Assembly (NCBI GenBank): GCA_965247115.1
Contig: CBDFGR010000002.1
Location: 896,001-960,000 of the forward strand
DNA length: 64,000 bases
Direction of reading: 5' to 3'
Origin: Myxococcota bacterium
GTDB taxonomy: Bacteria > Myxococcota_A > UBA9160 > SZUA-336
A program made the translations under genes and the position numbers. Numbering within the stretch: the first letter of the stretch is position 1; the number at the start of each line of letters is the position of its first letter. The notes beneath the pieces are model-generated. The model made no database searches and was not told the DNA's origin. It was given only the letters and a program-made list of their open reading frames with translations. Positions 18,701 to 29,026 of this stretch are shown one piece after another.

Positions 18701-19899
18701 GCGCGGACGCACTCGCCGATCTCGTCGTCCTCGACCTAGCCCAGGACGTGGCTGGTCCGTATTGCGCAAAGCTGTTTGCGGACTTTGGCGCAACGGTGAT
18801 CAAGCTGGAGCCCGCGGGCGGCGATCGGGCGCGCGCCCTGCCTCCGCTCAAGGAGGGGGCGCCCGAGGGCGAGGCAAGCGGCGTCTTTGCTTACCTGAAC
18901 GCGAACAAGCGGAGCGCCACGCTGAACGTCGAGACGCCTGCGGCGGGGGACATGTTGCGCCGGCTGGTCGCGAAAGCGGACGTGATAGTCGAGAGCTTCC
19001 CGCCGGGCTGGCTCGACGAGCTCGGCCTCGGCTACGCCGAGCTCCAGGCGCTCCAGCCGGAGCTCGTGATGACGTCGCTCTCGTGGTTCGGGCAGTCGGG
19101 CCCGTATCGCGACTTCGCCGCAAACGACCGCATCATCCACGCGCTGACCGGCGTGGTGCAAGGGATGGGAACCCCTGAAGGCCCTCCGCTCCTCCCGAGC
19201 GGCTACGGGAACCAGTTCGTGGCAGGCACGACGGGGTTCATCGGCAGCATGGGCGCGCTGCACGGACGTCTTGCCGGTCAGGGCGGAAGGCACGTCGATC
19301 AGAGCATCTTCGAGGCCGCGCTCTGCTTCACGGAAGTGGGCGGGGTTGCGGCACAACACAGACAGCTGCGACCGCGGCGACTGGGGATCAACCGCTTCCC
19401 TCCCACGTTCCCTGGCGGCATCTATCCCTGCAAGGACGGCTGGATCGGGATTACAGCGCTAACCCCACCGCAGTGGAAGGCCTTCTGCGTGCTGGTCGAG
19501 CTCCCCGAGCTGGACAGCATGGAGTACGCGACGTCGATCAAGCGGGTCCTCGCGGCAGACACCCTCGAGGCGCGCTTCGGTCCGCGGCTACTCGAGCGCA
19601 GCGCCGACGAATGGCTCGAGCGGGGACAGGCCACCCGGATCCCCTTCGCGCCCGTGCCGACCATGGCGGATCTTCTCCGCCTGCCGAATTTTCGCGAGCG
19701 CGGCGCCTTCGCACCCATCACCCACCCGGACCTCGGCACGTTCGAGGTCCCGACGACACCCTTCCACCTGCTGCGCACCCCCGCGCGGGCCGGGGGCCCC
19801 GTCGCACGACTGGGCCAACACACGACCGAGATCTACCGCGAGCTTCTCCGCGTCGACGAGCCCGAGCTCGCAGAGCTCCGCAGACACGGAGCGGTCTAA
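18697..19899 (+). CDS. Class III CoA-transferase, BbsE-like subunit
   Basis: LADLVVLDL, ADFGATVIKLEP, YLNANKRS; TTGA overlap. Confidence 0.88.
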   Translation: MSADALADLVVLDLAQDVAGPYCAKLFADFGATVIKLEPAGGDRARALPPLKEGAPEGEASGVFAYLNANKRSATLNVETPAAGDMLRRLVAKADVIVESFPPGWLDELGLGYAELQALQPELVMTSLSWFGQSGPYRDFAANDRIIHALTGVVQGMGTPEGPPLLPSGYGNQFVAGTTGFIGSMGALHGRLAGQGGRHVDQSIFEAALCFTEVGGVAAQHRQLRPRRLGINRFPPTFPGGIYPCKDGWIGITALTPPQWKAFCVLVELPELDSMEYATSIKRVLAADTLEARFGPRLLERSADEWLERGQATRIPFAPVPTMADLLRLPNFRERGAFAPITHPDLGTFEVPTTPFHLLRTPARAGGPVARLGQHTTEIYRELLRVDEPELAELRRHGAV

Positions 19900-19901
19900 C
19901 C

Positions 19902-21152
19902 ATGACCCGAACGCGGAACGTGGATCGGTTTCTCGACGGTGTGCGGGTCATCGATTTGTCGATGGGGTGGTCCGGGCCGCTGGCGGCGCGGCATCTCGCG
20001 GACATGGGGGCGCAGGTGATCAAGGTCGAGGCCTGTCAGCACCTCGACTGGTGGCGAGGCTGGGAAGGGACGCCCGCCGGTGACGAGTTCGAGGAGTCCG
20101 TGGCCTTCAACACCGCGAACCGGAACAAGCTCGGGATCACGCTCGACCTGACCTCCGAGCTCGGGGTCGCGCTGCTGAAGCGACTGGTCGAGCTCGCAGA
20201 CATCGTGCTGGAGAACAACGCCGCAGGCGTTCTGCCGAGACTCGGACTCGACTACGCGAGCCTGCGCGCGAGAAACCCCGAGCTCATCATGGCGTCGATG
20301 CCAGCCTTCGGGGGCGAGGGGCCCTGGCGCGAGTATCGCGCGTACGGCTCGACGGTGGAGCAGGCCTCGGGTATTCCTCATCTGAACGGCGCGCCTGACG
20401 GACCTCCGACCATGCAGCACGTGGCGCTCGGGGATCCTGTCGCCGGACTGAACGCGGCCTCGGCGCTGCTCGTCGCACTCTGGCACAAAAGACGAACTGG
20501 AGAGGGCCAGCGAATCGATCTCTCCCAGGTCGAGTGCCTGTTCCCCTTGGCCGCGCACGGGCTTCTCGAGCAGTCGCTCAACGGGCGGGCCTTCCAGCGC
20601 CCTGGCAACGAGCTACCCGGTCAAGCTCCATACGGCGTGTACCCCTGCAAGGGCGACGATCGCTGGGTCGCCGTGACCGTGAGCGACGACGCAGCCTGGC
20701 TCGCCCTGTGTACCGCCATCGAACGTCCTGACCTTGCGGACGACCCGAGCCTTCGCGCCAGCGCAGGTCGCGACGCCGCACGCAGCCGCGTCGACGAGGC
20801 TCTCTCCACCTGGACTCGCGAGCACGACCCGGAGACCGTCATGTCCCGGTTTCAGGCAGTGGGGGTCCCGGCCGCCGCCGTTCGCTACACCGGAGAGATG
20901 CTCGCGGACCCGCAGCTGCGCGCTCGAGGCTTCTGGCAGACTCTCGAGCGTGACTTCGTGGGCCCCCTTCCGCATCCGGCAGCGCCGTACCGCTTCCGCG
21001 CAGAGCCGCTTCCCGTGAGCACCCCGGCACCGACGCTCGGCCAGCACAGCCGGCAGGTGCTGACGGAGCTGCTCGGACTGGAGCCCGCGGAGCTCGACGC
21101 GCTCGAAGCCCAGGGAGTCATCGGAACGCGACCTGCGCGCAAGGCGACCTAG
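19902..21152 (+). CDS. Class III CoA-transferase, BbsF-like subunit
   Basis: LDGVRVIDLS..WSGP, NRNKLGITLDL, LGDPVAG. Confidence 0.9.
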   Translation: MTRTRNVDRFLDGVRVIDLSMGWSGPLAARHLADMGAQVIKVEACQHLDWWRGWEGTPAGDEFEESVAFNTANRNKLGITLDLTSELGVALLKRLVELADIVLENNAAGVLPRLGLDYASLRARNPELIMASMPAFGGEGPWREYRAYGSTVEQASGIPHLNGAPDGPPTMQHVALGDPVAGLNAASALLVALWHKRRTGEGQRIDLSQVECLFPLAAHGLLEQSLNGRAFQRPGNELPGQAPYGVYPCKGDDRWVAVTVSDDAAWLALCTAIERPDLADDPSLRASAGRDAARSRVDEALSTWTREHDPETVMSRFQAVGVPAAAVRYTGEMLADPQLRARGFWQTLERDFVGPLPHPAAPYRFRAEPLPVSTPAPTLGQHSRQVLTELLGLEPAELDALEAQGVIGTRPARKAT

Positions 21153-21161
21153 GCGATAGAC

Positions 21162-21230
21162 ATGCGCCTCGGCATCAAGACGGCTCCACAGCGCACGAGC
21201 TGCGACGAGCTGCGACTCGTACTCTGGTAG
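21162..21230 (+). pseudogene. 22-codon remnant resembling an LLM/F420 oxidoreductase N-terminus
   Basis: MRLGIKTAPQRTSCDELRLVLW*. Confidence 0.45.
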
Positions 21231-21254
21231 GCTCGAATCCGGGGAGGAACAAGG

Positions 21255-22337
21255 ATGGGCGCCACACAGCTGCACGCCGAGATCGACCCGGACGAGCTCC
21301 GGGCGTATTCGTTCAACGTCTGGAACTTCAAGCAGGGCGAGGTCGTCTCGCTCATGATCCACCTGGGCGACCGTCTCGGTCTGTACCGGGCCCTGGAGGG
21401 CGCGGGCCCGCTCACCGCGGCCGGGCTGGCCGAGCGCACCGGACTCCAGGAGCGTTGGCTACTGGAGTGGCTGCGAAACCAGACGGCCGCGCGCCTGCTG
21501 CGCTACCACGAGGGCGACCGCTTCGAGCTCACGCCAACCGGGGCCGCAGTGCTCGCAGACGAGGAGAGCCGTGCCTTCTCGGCCGGGGCGTTCTCCGAGC
21601 CGACAGGGTCCGGTGTCGTCGACCGGCTGGTCGAGGCGTTCCAGACCGGGATCGGGCTCACGTATCAGGAGCTGGGCCCGAACGCGGCCCATCGCACGGA
21701 GCGCATGCTCGGCCCCTGGGTGCGGCATTCGCTCGTGCCAGAGATCATCCCCGCGCTTCCCGGCGTATCGGCCCGGCTCTCGGCGGGCGGCGTGGCCGCC
21801 GACGTGGGCTGCGGCGCGGGGGTGGCACTGCTCGCCATGGCCGAAGCGTTCCCGAGCGCCGAGTTCCACGGCTACGATCCGAGCGCGCACGCAATCGAGC
21901 GCGCCCGGAGCAACGTAGCCGAGCGCGGCCTGGAGAACGTGCGGCTCCAGGTTGCCGGCGGCGAGGACCTGCCGCGCGAGCCGACCTACGACTTCCTGAT
22001 CACCTTCGACTGCATGCACGACATGACCCGGCCGACCCAGGTCACGGCCGCGATCCGGCGGGCCCTGCGGCCGGACGGGACCTGGCTGATCAAGGACATC
22101 CGGAGCAAGCCGCGTTTCGAGGACAACCTGCGCAACCCGCTACTCGCCATGTTCTACGGCTTCTCCGTGTCGGCCTGCATGTCCTCGGCGCTATCAGAGC
22201 CGGGCGGCGAGGGGCTCGGGACACTGGGCTTCAACCCCGAGGTGGCGGAGAAGATGGTTCGCACAGCGGGCTTCACGCACTTTGTCATGCACGACTTCGA
22301 CGACCCGGGGAATCTCTACTACGAGGTCCGGCCCTAG
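21255..22337 (+). CDS. Class I SAM methyltransferase with N-terminal wHTH (Rv2258c-like)
   Basis: GDRLGLYRAL, ERWLLEWL, DVGCGAG, FDCMHDM. Confidence 0.9.
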   Translation: MGATQLHAEIDPDELRAYSFNVWNFKQGEVVSLMIHLGDRLGLYRALEGAGPLTAAGLAERTGLQERWLLEWLRNQTAARLLRYHEGDRFELTPTGAAVLADEESRAFSAGAFSEPTGSGVVDRLVEAFQTGIGLTYQELGPNAAHRTERMLGPWVRHSLVPEIIPALPGVSARLSAGGVAADVGCGAGVALLAMAEAFPSAEFHGYDPSAHAIERARSNVAERGLENVRLQVAGGEDLPREPTYDFLITFDCMHDMTRPTQVTAAIRRALRPDGTWLIKDIRSKPRFEDNLRNPLLAMFYGFSVSACMSSALSEPGGEGLGTLGFNPEVAEKMVRTAGFTHFVMHDFDDPGNLYYEVRP

Positions 22338-22349
22338 TCGGAGGGGCGG

Positions 22350-23345
22350 CTAGAACGCGAACTCGTCGGCGGTGAAGGCGTCCAGAGTTGCCTGGAGCTC
22401 GCCGGGGTCTTCGGAGATCGGGGCGATGATGTGCACGTGGATCCCGCCGGCGGCGTACTCCCGGATCCGATCCTGGCAGTACGCCTTGCTCCCGATGATG
22501 CAGATCTGATCGATCAGCTCGTCGGTCAGCGCGCGCGTGGTTCGCTCGCGGGATCGCTCCGCCCAGCCCTCCTCGATCTCCTTCGCCACGTCGTCGTAAC
22601 CCGCCCAGACCAGGAGTTTGTTGTAGACCGGGTTGGCGTAGTAGGGCGCGTGGTGCTTGCGGAAGAGATTGCGCGCGCGGTCGACGTCGTCGGTGACGCA
22701 GACCTGGTGTCGGTCCGCGACCTCGACTTCGGCGGGGTCCTTGCCCGCGCGTCGGGCACCGGCCGCGACGTGCTCCATCATCATGGGCAGCGCGTCGTGC
22801 GGGAACAGGTTGACGATGACGCCGTCGCCGACCCCCGCCGCGGCCTCGAGCATCTTGCCGCGCAGCGCCGCGACGTAGATGGGAACGGGTGGATCGAGTC
22901 CCGGCATGCGGAAGCCGTGGCTGGAGATGGTCTTGCCGTCGAAGTTCGTCTTCTCGCCGGCCAGCATCTGGCGGGTGAGCTCCACCGTCTCGCTCACCCG
23001 CGTCAGCGGCAGGCGCACCTCGACGCCGCTCCAGCCCCCCATGATCATCTGGCTGGAGGAGCCGAGCCCCAGAATGAAGCGGCCGGCGGCGAAGTGCTGG
23101 ATGCTGCCGCACGTCGCGGCGAGCACCGCGGACGAGCGCGTGTAGACCGGGACGATCGCGGTGCCGATCCGGACCCGGTTCGTCCGCTCGGCGACGGCCG
23201 GGACCAGCGTCAAGGAGTCGACGCCGCCGCTGTCAGCGAACCACACGTCATCGTACCCGCGACTCTCGGCGTAGTCGGCCAGGTCGAGGATCTGCTGGAC
23301 GTTGGGACTCGATAGGGTGAGACCGGTTCGCTGGCGTGGAGGCAT
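22350..23345 (-). CDS. LLM-class (F420-dependent) oxidoreductase
   Basis: AESRGYDDVW, IGTAIVPVYTR, GRFILGLGSS, PIYVAALRGKM. Confidence 0.9.
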   Translation of the reverse strand: MPPRQRTGLTLSSPNVQQILDLADYAESRGYDDVWFADSGGVDSLTLVPAVAERTNRVRIGTAIVPVYTRSSAVLAATCGSIQHFAAGRFILGLGSSSQMIMGGWSGVEVRLPLTRVSETVELTRQMLAGEKTNFDGKTISSHGFRMPGLDPPVPIYVAALRGKMLEAAAGVGDGVIVNLFPHDALPMMMEHVAAGARRAGKDPAEVEVADRHQVCVTDDVDRARNLFRKHHAPYYANPVYNKLLVWAGYDDVAKEIEEGWAERSRERTTRALTDELIDQICIIGSKAYCQDRIREYAAGGIHVHIIAPISEDPGELQATLDAFTADEFAF

Positions 23346-23532
23346 GCGCCCGATCATACGGGTCGGGCGCCTCTCGCACCAAGTAGGTCCGACGGACGCG
23401 GAACTGCAGCTCCAGAAGCCGCCCCGCGGTGTCCGGGTCTTGAAACACGCGGGGGTGACGCGAGCGCCGAGCGACTTGCACGTCGCGTGACCGGCGGGGA
23501 CAATGGCCACTTCTCGAATAGGAGGACCTTGG

Positions 23533-23964
23533 ATGAGCGACTCATCGCGCACAAGCGGCTGCGCCTGCGGCGCAGTACAGATCGAGATTAGTGGCGAGCC
23601 CACGGCCATCGCCTACTGCCACTGCGACTCGTGCCGCAGCTGGCTCGGGGCGCCGATCCACGTTGCCAGCCTCTGGTCGACGCCGAACGTGCGCGTCGTG
23701 AAGGGGGAGGAGCGGCTTGGACTGTACAAGCGGACCGAGGCGAGTCACCGGCAGTTCTGCACGTCGTGCGGCACACCTGTGCTCGTCAGGCACCCGGCCA
23801 TCGATCTGACCGATGTGCCCGCAGGCTCGATCGAGGGTCTGGCCGACAAGCCGACGCTGCACGTCAACTACGGCGAGAAGGTTCTCTCAGTCCGCGACGG
23901 TCTGCCCAAGTTCAAGGACTTCCCCAAGGACTTCGGCGGCTCGGGCGACACCCTGCCCGAGTAG
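23533..23964 (+). CDS. GFA/CENP-V family protein
   Basis: GCACGAV, CHCDSCR, RQFCTSCG. Confidence 0.9.
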   Translation: MSDSSRTSGCACGAVQIEISGEPTAIAYCHCDSCRSWLGAPIHVASLWSTPNVRVVKGEERLGLYKRTEASHRQFCTSCGTPVLVRHPAIDLTDVPAGSIEGLADKPTLHVNYGEKVLSVRDGLPKFKDFPKDFGGSGDTLPE

Positions 23965-24003
23965 GGCGAAGCGCGTCGCCGACGACGCAGCGGATCGGTT
24001 CCA

Positions 24004-25458
24004 TCAGACCTGCATGGCCGCGAGCTCTTGCTCGGCCTCCTTCTCGAGGATCGTTCCCTTGAAGAAGTCGGGATTTGGCGCGGCGTAGAGCTGCAGCGCG
24101 TGACCGAAGGCGAAGCGGCGGAAGTCCTCGGGAGTGATCAGCTCCTTCTCCACCAGCTCGTACGCTTCCGCCGCGGACTCCGTCATGTCCGTGACGTCCC
24201 AGTGCCCTAGATCGAAGCTCATGATCGCGCGCAGCTGGGACCCGAAGGGATTGAGCTTGCGGTCGAACGCGATCGCCGCGTGCGGGTCGTCTGCCTCGCA
24301 GCCAAAGTAGAAGTGCGAAATGAAGAGGTCCCGAATATCTTCGGCGCTCTCAATCTCCATCGGCGCGAAGTCGTCTCGCAGCGACGGATCGAGCTCCACC
24401 GGCCCTACCGCCAGGCCTCCTTCGAGCTGGTCGAGCTTGCTCCGGGTCGCCTCGTCTCCGTAGCGTTCGAACAGCTCGCGCGCGAGTGCGAGATCCAGGT
24501 TCGCAGGATCCAGGTTCTCCTGGCTGGCCAGGCTGCGCTTGTTCCAGCGTCCCAGAATGTCGGCGTAGAGGCGCGAGCCATTCACGACGCCTCCTTCGAG
24601 GAACGCCACGCGCAGCTTCGGGAAGCGTCGCGTGACGCCACCCATCAGGAGCGACTTGCACAGGACCTCGCCGGCGGCGGCGAAATGGCCCATGTGGTTG
24701 TACATGTAGGTGGAGATCGAGCGGCGATCGTCGAAGCCCATGCCGGACGAGTGCGCGGCGACCGCAAAGCCGAGCTCCTCGCACTTCGCCCAGAAGGGGT
24801 CGTAGTCGTACTCGCTGTCGATCGCGTAGCTATCGAGCCAGGTCACGCGCCGTGCGAGCTCGGGGTACTTCTCTGCGATCCCGGGCACCGGACGTCTCAC
24901 ATAGGCGGGAATCATCGCGACCTTCAACCCGAGGGCCTTGGCGTGCTCGAGCTCCCTCATCCCTTCCTCCGGGGTGTTCAGCGGGACCGCCGCGGCCACT
25001 GTCATGCGGTCGCCGTACTCGGCGTAGGAGGCGGCGGTAAACTCGTTGAAGGCGTGGCAGGCCAGGCGACGAAACTCTTCGTCCCTGATGTGGGGGAAGC
25101 CCAGACCTACCGTCGGGTAGAGCACCGCGAAGTCGAGCCCGAGCTCGTCCATCCGCTCGTGGTAGAGCTTCGGCAGCATCGAGGTGGCCCGGTCCAGCGT
25201 GTTCTTGGTCGGTAGCGCCCACCATGGGGGGCGTGTGGTGCGGTCGCGACGCCGCTCGTCCCAGCTCATCTGGTACCAGTCCTTGCGCCCACTGCGCGCG
25301 CCTCCACCGAAGCGTTCCACGGCCGCGCTGCCCCCAGCCTCCTTCAGGTAGTCGAGAAAGACCGGCGTGAACTCCACGATATGGGAGTCGCCGTCGATCA
25401 GGGGATGGTTCAGTCTGGCCCGAAGCTCGGCCGCCCGCGATGAGACTCCGTTCGCCAT
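24004..25458 (-). CDS. Amidohydrolase family protein
   Basis: IDGDSH, LYPTVGL, YDPFWAKC.ELG...AAHS, FLEGG, YFGCEADD. Confidence 0.88.
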   Translation of the reverse strand: MANGVSSRAAELRARLNHPLIDGDSHIVEFTPVFLDYLKEAGGSAAVERFGGGARSGRKDWYQMSWDERRRDRTTRPPWWALPTKNTLDRATSMLPKLYHERMDELGLDFAVLYPTVGLGFPHIRDEEFRRLACHAFNEFTAASYAEYGDRMTVAAAVPLNTPEEGMRELEHAKALGLKVAMIPAYVRRPVPGIAEKYPELARRVTWLDSYAIDSEYDYDPFWAKCEELGFAVAAHSSGMGFDDRRSISTYMYNHMGHFAAAGEVLCKSLLMGGVTRRFPKLRVAFLEGGVVNGSRLYADILGRWNKRSLASQENLDPANLDLALARELFERYGDEATRSKLDQLEGGLAVGPVELDPSLRDDFAPMEIESAEDIRDLFISHFYFGCEADDPHAAIAFDRKLNPFGSQLRAIMSFDLGHWDVTDMTESAAEAYELVEKELITPEDFRRFAFGHALQLYAAPNPDFFKGTILEKEAEQELAAMQV

Positions 25459-25524
25459 CTTCACTCCTCCCGCTGGTTGGAGCCACACTATACTCTGTGC
25501 CGAGTCGATTCCGAGGAGAGAGAC

Positions 25525-26112
25525 GTGACCCTAGCCAGCGAGAGGAACGCTGCAATCGCGGGAACGGTGGCCCGAATTCGTCGCCTGGAGAAGGACCCCG
25601 GCATCACCCGCACCGGAGTAGAAGCGATCCGGGAGGCGCTCCTGGAGCTCGCCGCGCGGGAAGAGCTCTTCCCCCCGGAGACCTTCCTGCACTCCGACCC
25701 GGCGACGGCACCGAGCTTGCGCCTCTATCGCCTGTCCGAGGACCCGGATCATCGCTTTGCGCTCTACGCCAACGTCTCGGGCGGGGTCGTCGTCGACAGC
25801 CCACCCCACAACCACGCGACCTGGGCGGTCGTCGTCGGCATGCGCGGGGAGGAGACCAACCGTTTCTACAAGCGAACGGACGACGGGGGTATCGAGCAGG
25901 TCGGTGAGGTGTGCGTGAGCCGCGGGACCGGGGTGGCGATGCTCCCGGACGACCTGCATTCCATCCACATCCGAGGCGACGAGCCCGTGCTGAACTTCCA
26001 CATGTACGGGCGTGGCCTGGAGCAGCTGCACGAGCGACGCTACTTCGACGCGACGGATCGCTCCTGGCTCCCGTTCCCTGCGCTCCGAGAGATCTCCGAC
26101 CTGGACACGTGA
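25525..26112 (+). CDS. Cysteine/3-mercaptopropionate dioxygenase-like cupin
   Basis: SPPHNHATWAVVVG..GEE.N, DDLHSI, HMYG. Confidence 0.82.
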   Translation: MTLASERNAAIAGTVARIRRLEKDPGITRTGVEAIREALLELAAREELFPPETFLHSDPATAPSLRLYRLSEDPDHRFALYANVSGGVVVDSPPHNHATWAVVVGMRGEETNRFYKRTDDGGIEQVGEVCVSRGTGVAMLPDDLHSIHIRGDEPVLNFHMYGRGLEQLHERRYFDATDRSWLPFPALREISDLDT

Positions 26113-26115
26113 TCC

Positions 26116-27720
26116 GTGCCGGATTGGGTCAGCCCGCGGCAGCTCGAGCAGTGGCTCCGCGACGGGGACGAGCTCGCCCTGCTCGACGTCCGTGAGCAGG
26201 GGGCGTTCGCCACGGGTCACCTGCTGCTGGCCGCGTGCCTACCGCTGAGCCGACTGGAGCTCGAGGTGGATCGGCTCGTCCCCCGCCGGGGCACGAGGAT
26301 CGCGCTGTGCGACGCGGGCGAGGCGGGCTGCGAGCTCGCCCGCACGGCGGCCGGGCGACTCGTCGAGCTGGGCTTTCGGGAGCCCCACGTTCTGGAACGC
26401 GGCACGGGGGGCTGGCGAAACGCCGGCCACGAGCTCTACACGGGCATCAACGTTCCCAGCAAGGCCTTCGGGGAGCTCGTGGAGCAGCGCTGCGACACCC
26501 CGAAGCTCAGTGCGACCGAGCTCCGAGCGCGCCTGGACCGGGGCGAGAAGATCGCGATCCTCGACTCCCGGCCGCTGGACGAGTACCGGCGCATGTGCAT
26601 CCCGGGGGGAATCGACGTTCCCGGTGCCGAGCTGGTGTATCGCGTTTACGACCTCGTGCCCGATCCGGAGACGCTGGTAGTGGTGAACTGCGCGGGCCGG
26701 ACACGCAGCATCATCGGAGCTCAGTCTCTCATCAATGCGGGCGTGGAGCGGCGCATCGCCGCGCTGGAAAACGGCACGATGGGATGGAGGCTCGCGGGGT
26801 ACGAGCTAGAGCACGGCCAGGAACGGCGCGCTCCCGAGCCGTCCGACGCCGGCTTGCGCAGCGCGCGCAGCGCCGCCCAACGCGTGGCGCGAGCGCTCGG
26901 AGTCAACACCATCGAGCGTGGCGAGCTGGACCGCATGCTCGGCGAGACGGAGCAGCGCACGCTGTACGTGCTCGACGTGCGCTCACCGGAGGAGTTCGAG
27001 GGCGGCCACCTGCCAAGCTCGCGCAGCGCCCCCGGTGGCCAGCTCGTCCAGGCCACGGACGAGTACGTCGCCACGCGCAACGCGCGCATCGTGCTCGTCG
27101 ACGACACGGAAGTGCGTGCCACGATGACCGCGTCGTGGCTGCTCCAGCTCGGCTGGCGCGACGTATGGGTGCTTCGAAACGCGCTCGCAGGTGTCGAGCT
27201 CACGCGCGATGACGCGAAGACTGCCCCGCCCTCGCGCCGGGTGGCGGAGACGCTCTCGCCGGCAGAGCTCCACCGCGCAATCGAGGGCGGCGAGCCGTTC
27301 GTCGTGGTCGACCTCGCTAGCAGCGAGGAGTTTCGCGCGGCCCACGTTCCTGGGGCGTGGTGGGGAGTGCGCGCGCGGCTGCGGAGCTGTCTGGAACGCC
27401 TTCCGACGGCGGAGGGCCTGGTCCTGACCTCGCCCGACGAGAGGCTCGCGCAGCTCGCCGCAGGAGATCTCGGCGAGCACGACAACGTCCGGGTGCTCGC
27501 CGGGGGCACGAACGCCTGGCAGGCCGCAGACCTGCCGACCGAGCAGGGACTGGAGAGGGCAGCAACCGAGGTCGACGACGTGTGGTTTCGACCCTACCAG
27601 CAGCGAGGTGCGATCGAACGCTGGATGCGGGAGTACCTGACCTGGGAGGTGGGTTTGGTCGAGCAGCTGGAGCGCGACGCCGAGGCACCCTTTCGCCCGC
27701 ACGTGCAGGTGCTCCGTTGA
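26116..27720 (+). CDS. Four-domain rhodanese-related sulfurtransferase
   Basis: LLDVRE..F..GH, NVPSKAFGE, VNCAGRTRSIIG, PGGQLVQATD, YLTWEVGLV. Confidence 0.9.
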   Translation: MPDWVSPRQLEQWLRDGDELALLDVREQGAFATGHLLLAACLPLSRLELEVDRLVPRRGTRIALCDAGEAGCELARTAAGRLVELGFREPHVLERGTGGWRNAGHELYTGINVPSKAFGELVEQRCDTPKLSATELRARLDRGEKIAILDSRPLDEYRRMCIPGGIDVPGAELVYRVYDLVPDPETLVVVNCAGRTRSIIGAQSLINAGVERRIAALENGTMGWRLAGYELEHGQERRAPEPSDAGLRSARSAAQRVARALGVNTIERGELDRMLGETEQRTLYVLDVRSPEEFEGGHLPSSRSAPGGQLVQATDEYVATRNARIVLVDDTEVRATMTASWLLQLGWRDVWVLRNALAGVELTRDDAKTAPPSRRVAETLSPAELHRAIEGGEPFVVVDLASSEEFRAAHVPGAWWGVRARLRSCLERLPTAEGLVLTSPDERLAQLAAGDLGEHDNVRVLAGGTNAWQAADLPTEQGLERAATEVDDVWFRPYQQRGAIERWMREYLTWEVGLVEQLERDAEAPFRPHVQVLR

Positions 27721-27775
27721 GTTGGGGTAGGATGGTTCGCAACCAGGCTGCGGAGCACACAGAGGAGCCCCCATC

Positions 27776-29023
27776 ATGACGATGAATGTGAACCCCATCC
27801 CGACGCTGGACGACCGGGTCAACCAGATTCGAATGGCCACGGCGGCGATCGTCAACACCGACATCCTCCCGAACGAGGGCAAGCTCTGGGCCGGGCGTCG
27901 GGGTGAGGCGACCAAGGAGGCCCGCCAACAGGCGCGTGAGCTCCGGCAGCAGATCCAGGACAAGGTCAAGAAGTCGGGACTGTGGGCGCCGCATCTCCCG
28001 GAGGAGTACGGCGGCATGGGCCTCGATTTCCTGCCCCACGCCTACATGAACGAGGTCCTGGCGTACAGCGTGGGCGCCGCGTCGCTTTTCGGTGTGGTGG
28101 CTCCGAATTCCGGCAACCAAAAGATCCTGGTCAAGTACGGCACGAAGGAGCAGAAGAAGAAGTGGCTGCTCCCCCTCGTCGAGGGCACCATGCAGTCGGG
28201 CTTCTCGATGACCGAGCCGGAGAACGCAGGCTCGGACCCGCGCTCGATCCAGACGACGGCCAAGCGCGAGGGCGACGAATGGGTGATCAACGGCCACAAG
28301 TGGTTCACGTCGAACGGGTTTGCCGCGGACTTCCTGATCGTGATGTGCCGGACCGAGGAGGCGAGCACCCGGGGCGAGGTGAACGCCAAGATGACGCAGA
28401 TCATCGTCCCGACCGATACGCCCGGGCTCAACATCGTGCGCGGCGTGGAGGTTTGGGGGCGATCGAGCGACCACTGCGAGATCATCTACGACAACGTGCG
28501 CGTGCCGGCCGAGAACCAGCTCGGCGCCACCGGCTCAGGCCACGCGGCCGCGCAGGATCGCCTGGGAGCCGGGCGCGTCTACCACTGCATGAACTCCGTC
28601 GGCCAGATGTGGCGAGCCTTCAACCTGATGCTGGAGCGCACCATGACCCGGGAGGTGCATGGCGGGCTACTCGAGACCAAGCAGTTCATCCAGGGCTTCA
28701 TCGCCGACTCCTACATCGACATCCAGACAGCGCGCCTGATGACGATCCACTGCGCCGAAAAGATCGACAGCGGGATCGATCCCAGAACCGACATCTCCGC
28801 GCTCAAGATCTACGTGCCGGAGGCGTATCACCGGGTAGTCGACCGCGCCATACAGGTCTGGGGCGCGGCGGGTGTCTCCGGAGATTTGCCGCTGGCTGGG
28901 ATGTACATGGGAGCGCGAACGCTCCGGATCGCGGATGGGCCGGACGAGGTGCACAAGATCCTGATCGCGAAGAACATCCTCAGGCAGTACCACGCCGGCG
29001 AATCTCTGGATTTCGGCAACTGA
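27776..29023 (+). CDS. Acyl-CoA dehydrogenase
   Basis: FSMTEP..GSD, INGHKWF, QVWGAAG, RIADGPDEVH. Confidence 0.95.
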   Translation: MTMNVNPIPTLDDRVNQIRMATAAIVNTDILPNEGKLWAGRRGEATKEARQQARELRQQIQDKVKKSGLWAPHLPEEYGGMGLDFLPHAYMNEVLAYSVGAASLFGVVAPNSGNQKILVKYGTKEQKKKWLLPLVEGTMQSGFSMTEPENAGSDPRSIQTTAKREGDEWVINGHKWFTSNGFAADFLIVMCRTEEASTRGEVNAKMTQIIVPTDTPGLNIVRGVEVWGRSSDHCEIIYDNVRVPAENQLGATGSGHAAAQDRLGAGRVYHCMNSVGQMWRAFNLMLERTMTREVHGGLLETKQFIQGFIADSYIDIQTARLMTIHCAEKIDSGIDPRTDISALKIYVPEAYHRVVDRAIQVWGAAGVSGDLPLAGMYMGARTLRIADGPDEVHKILIAKNILRQYHAGESLDFGN

Positions 29024-29026
29024 TCC

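Noticed and set aside
23346..23370. Hairpin GCGCCCGA/TCGGGCGC as a riboswitch
   Set aside because: Too short, and it overlaps the probable -10 box, so it would not be transcribed.
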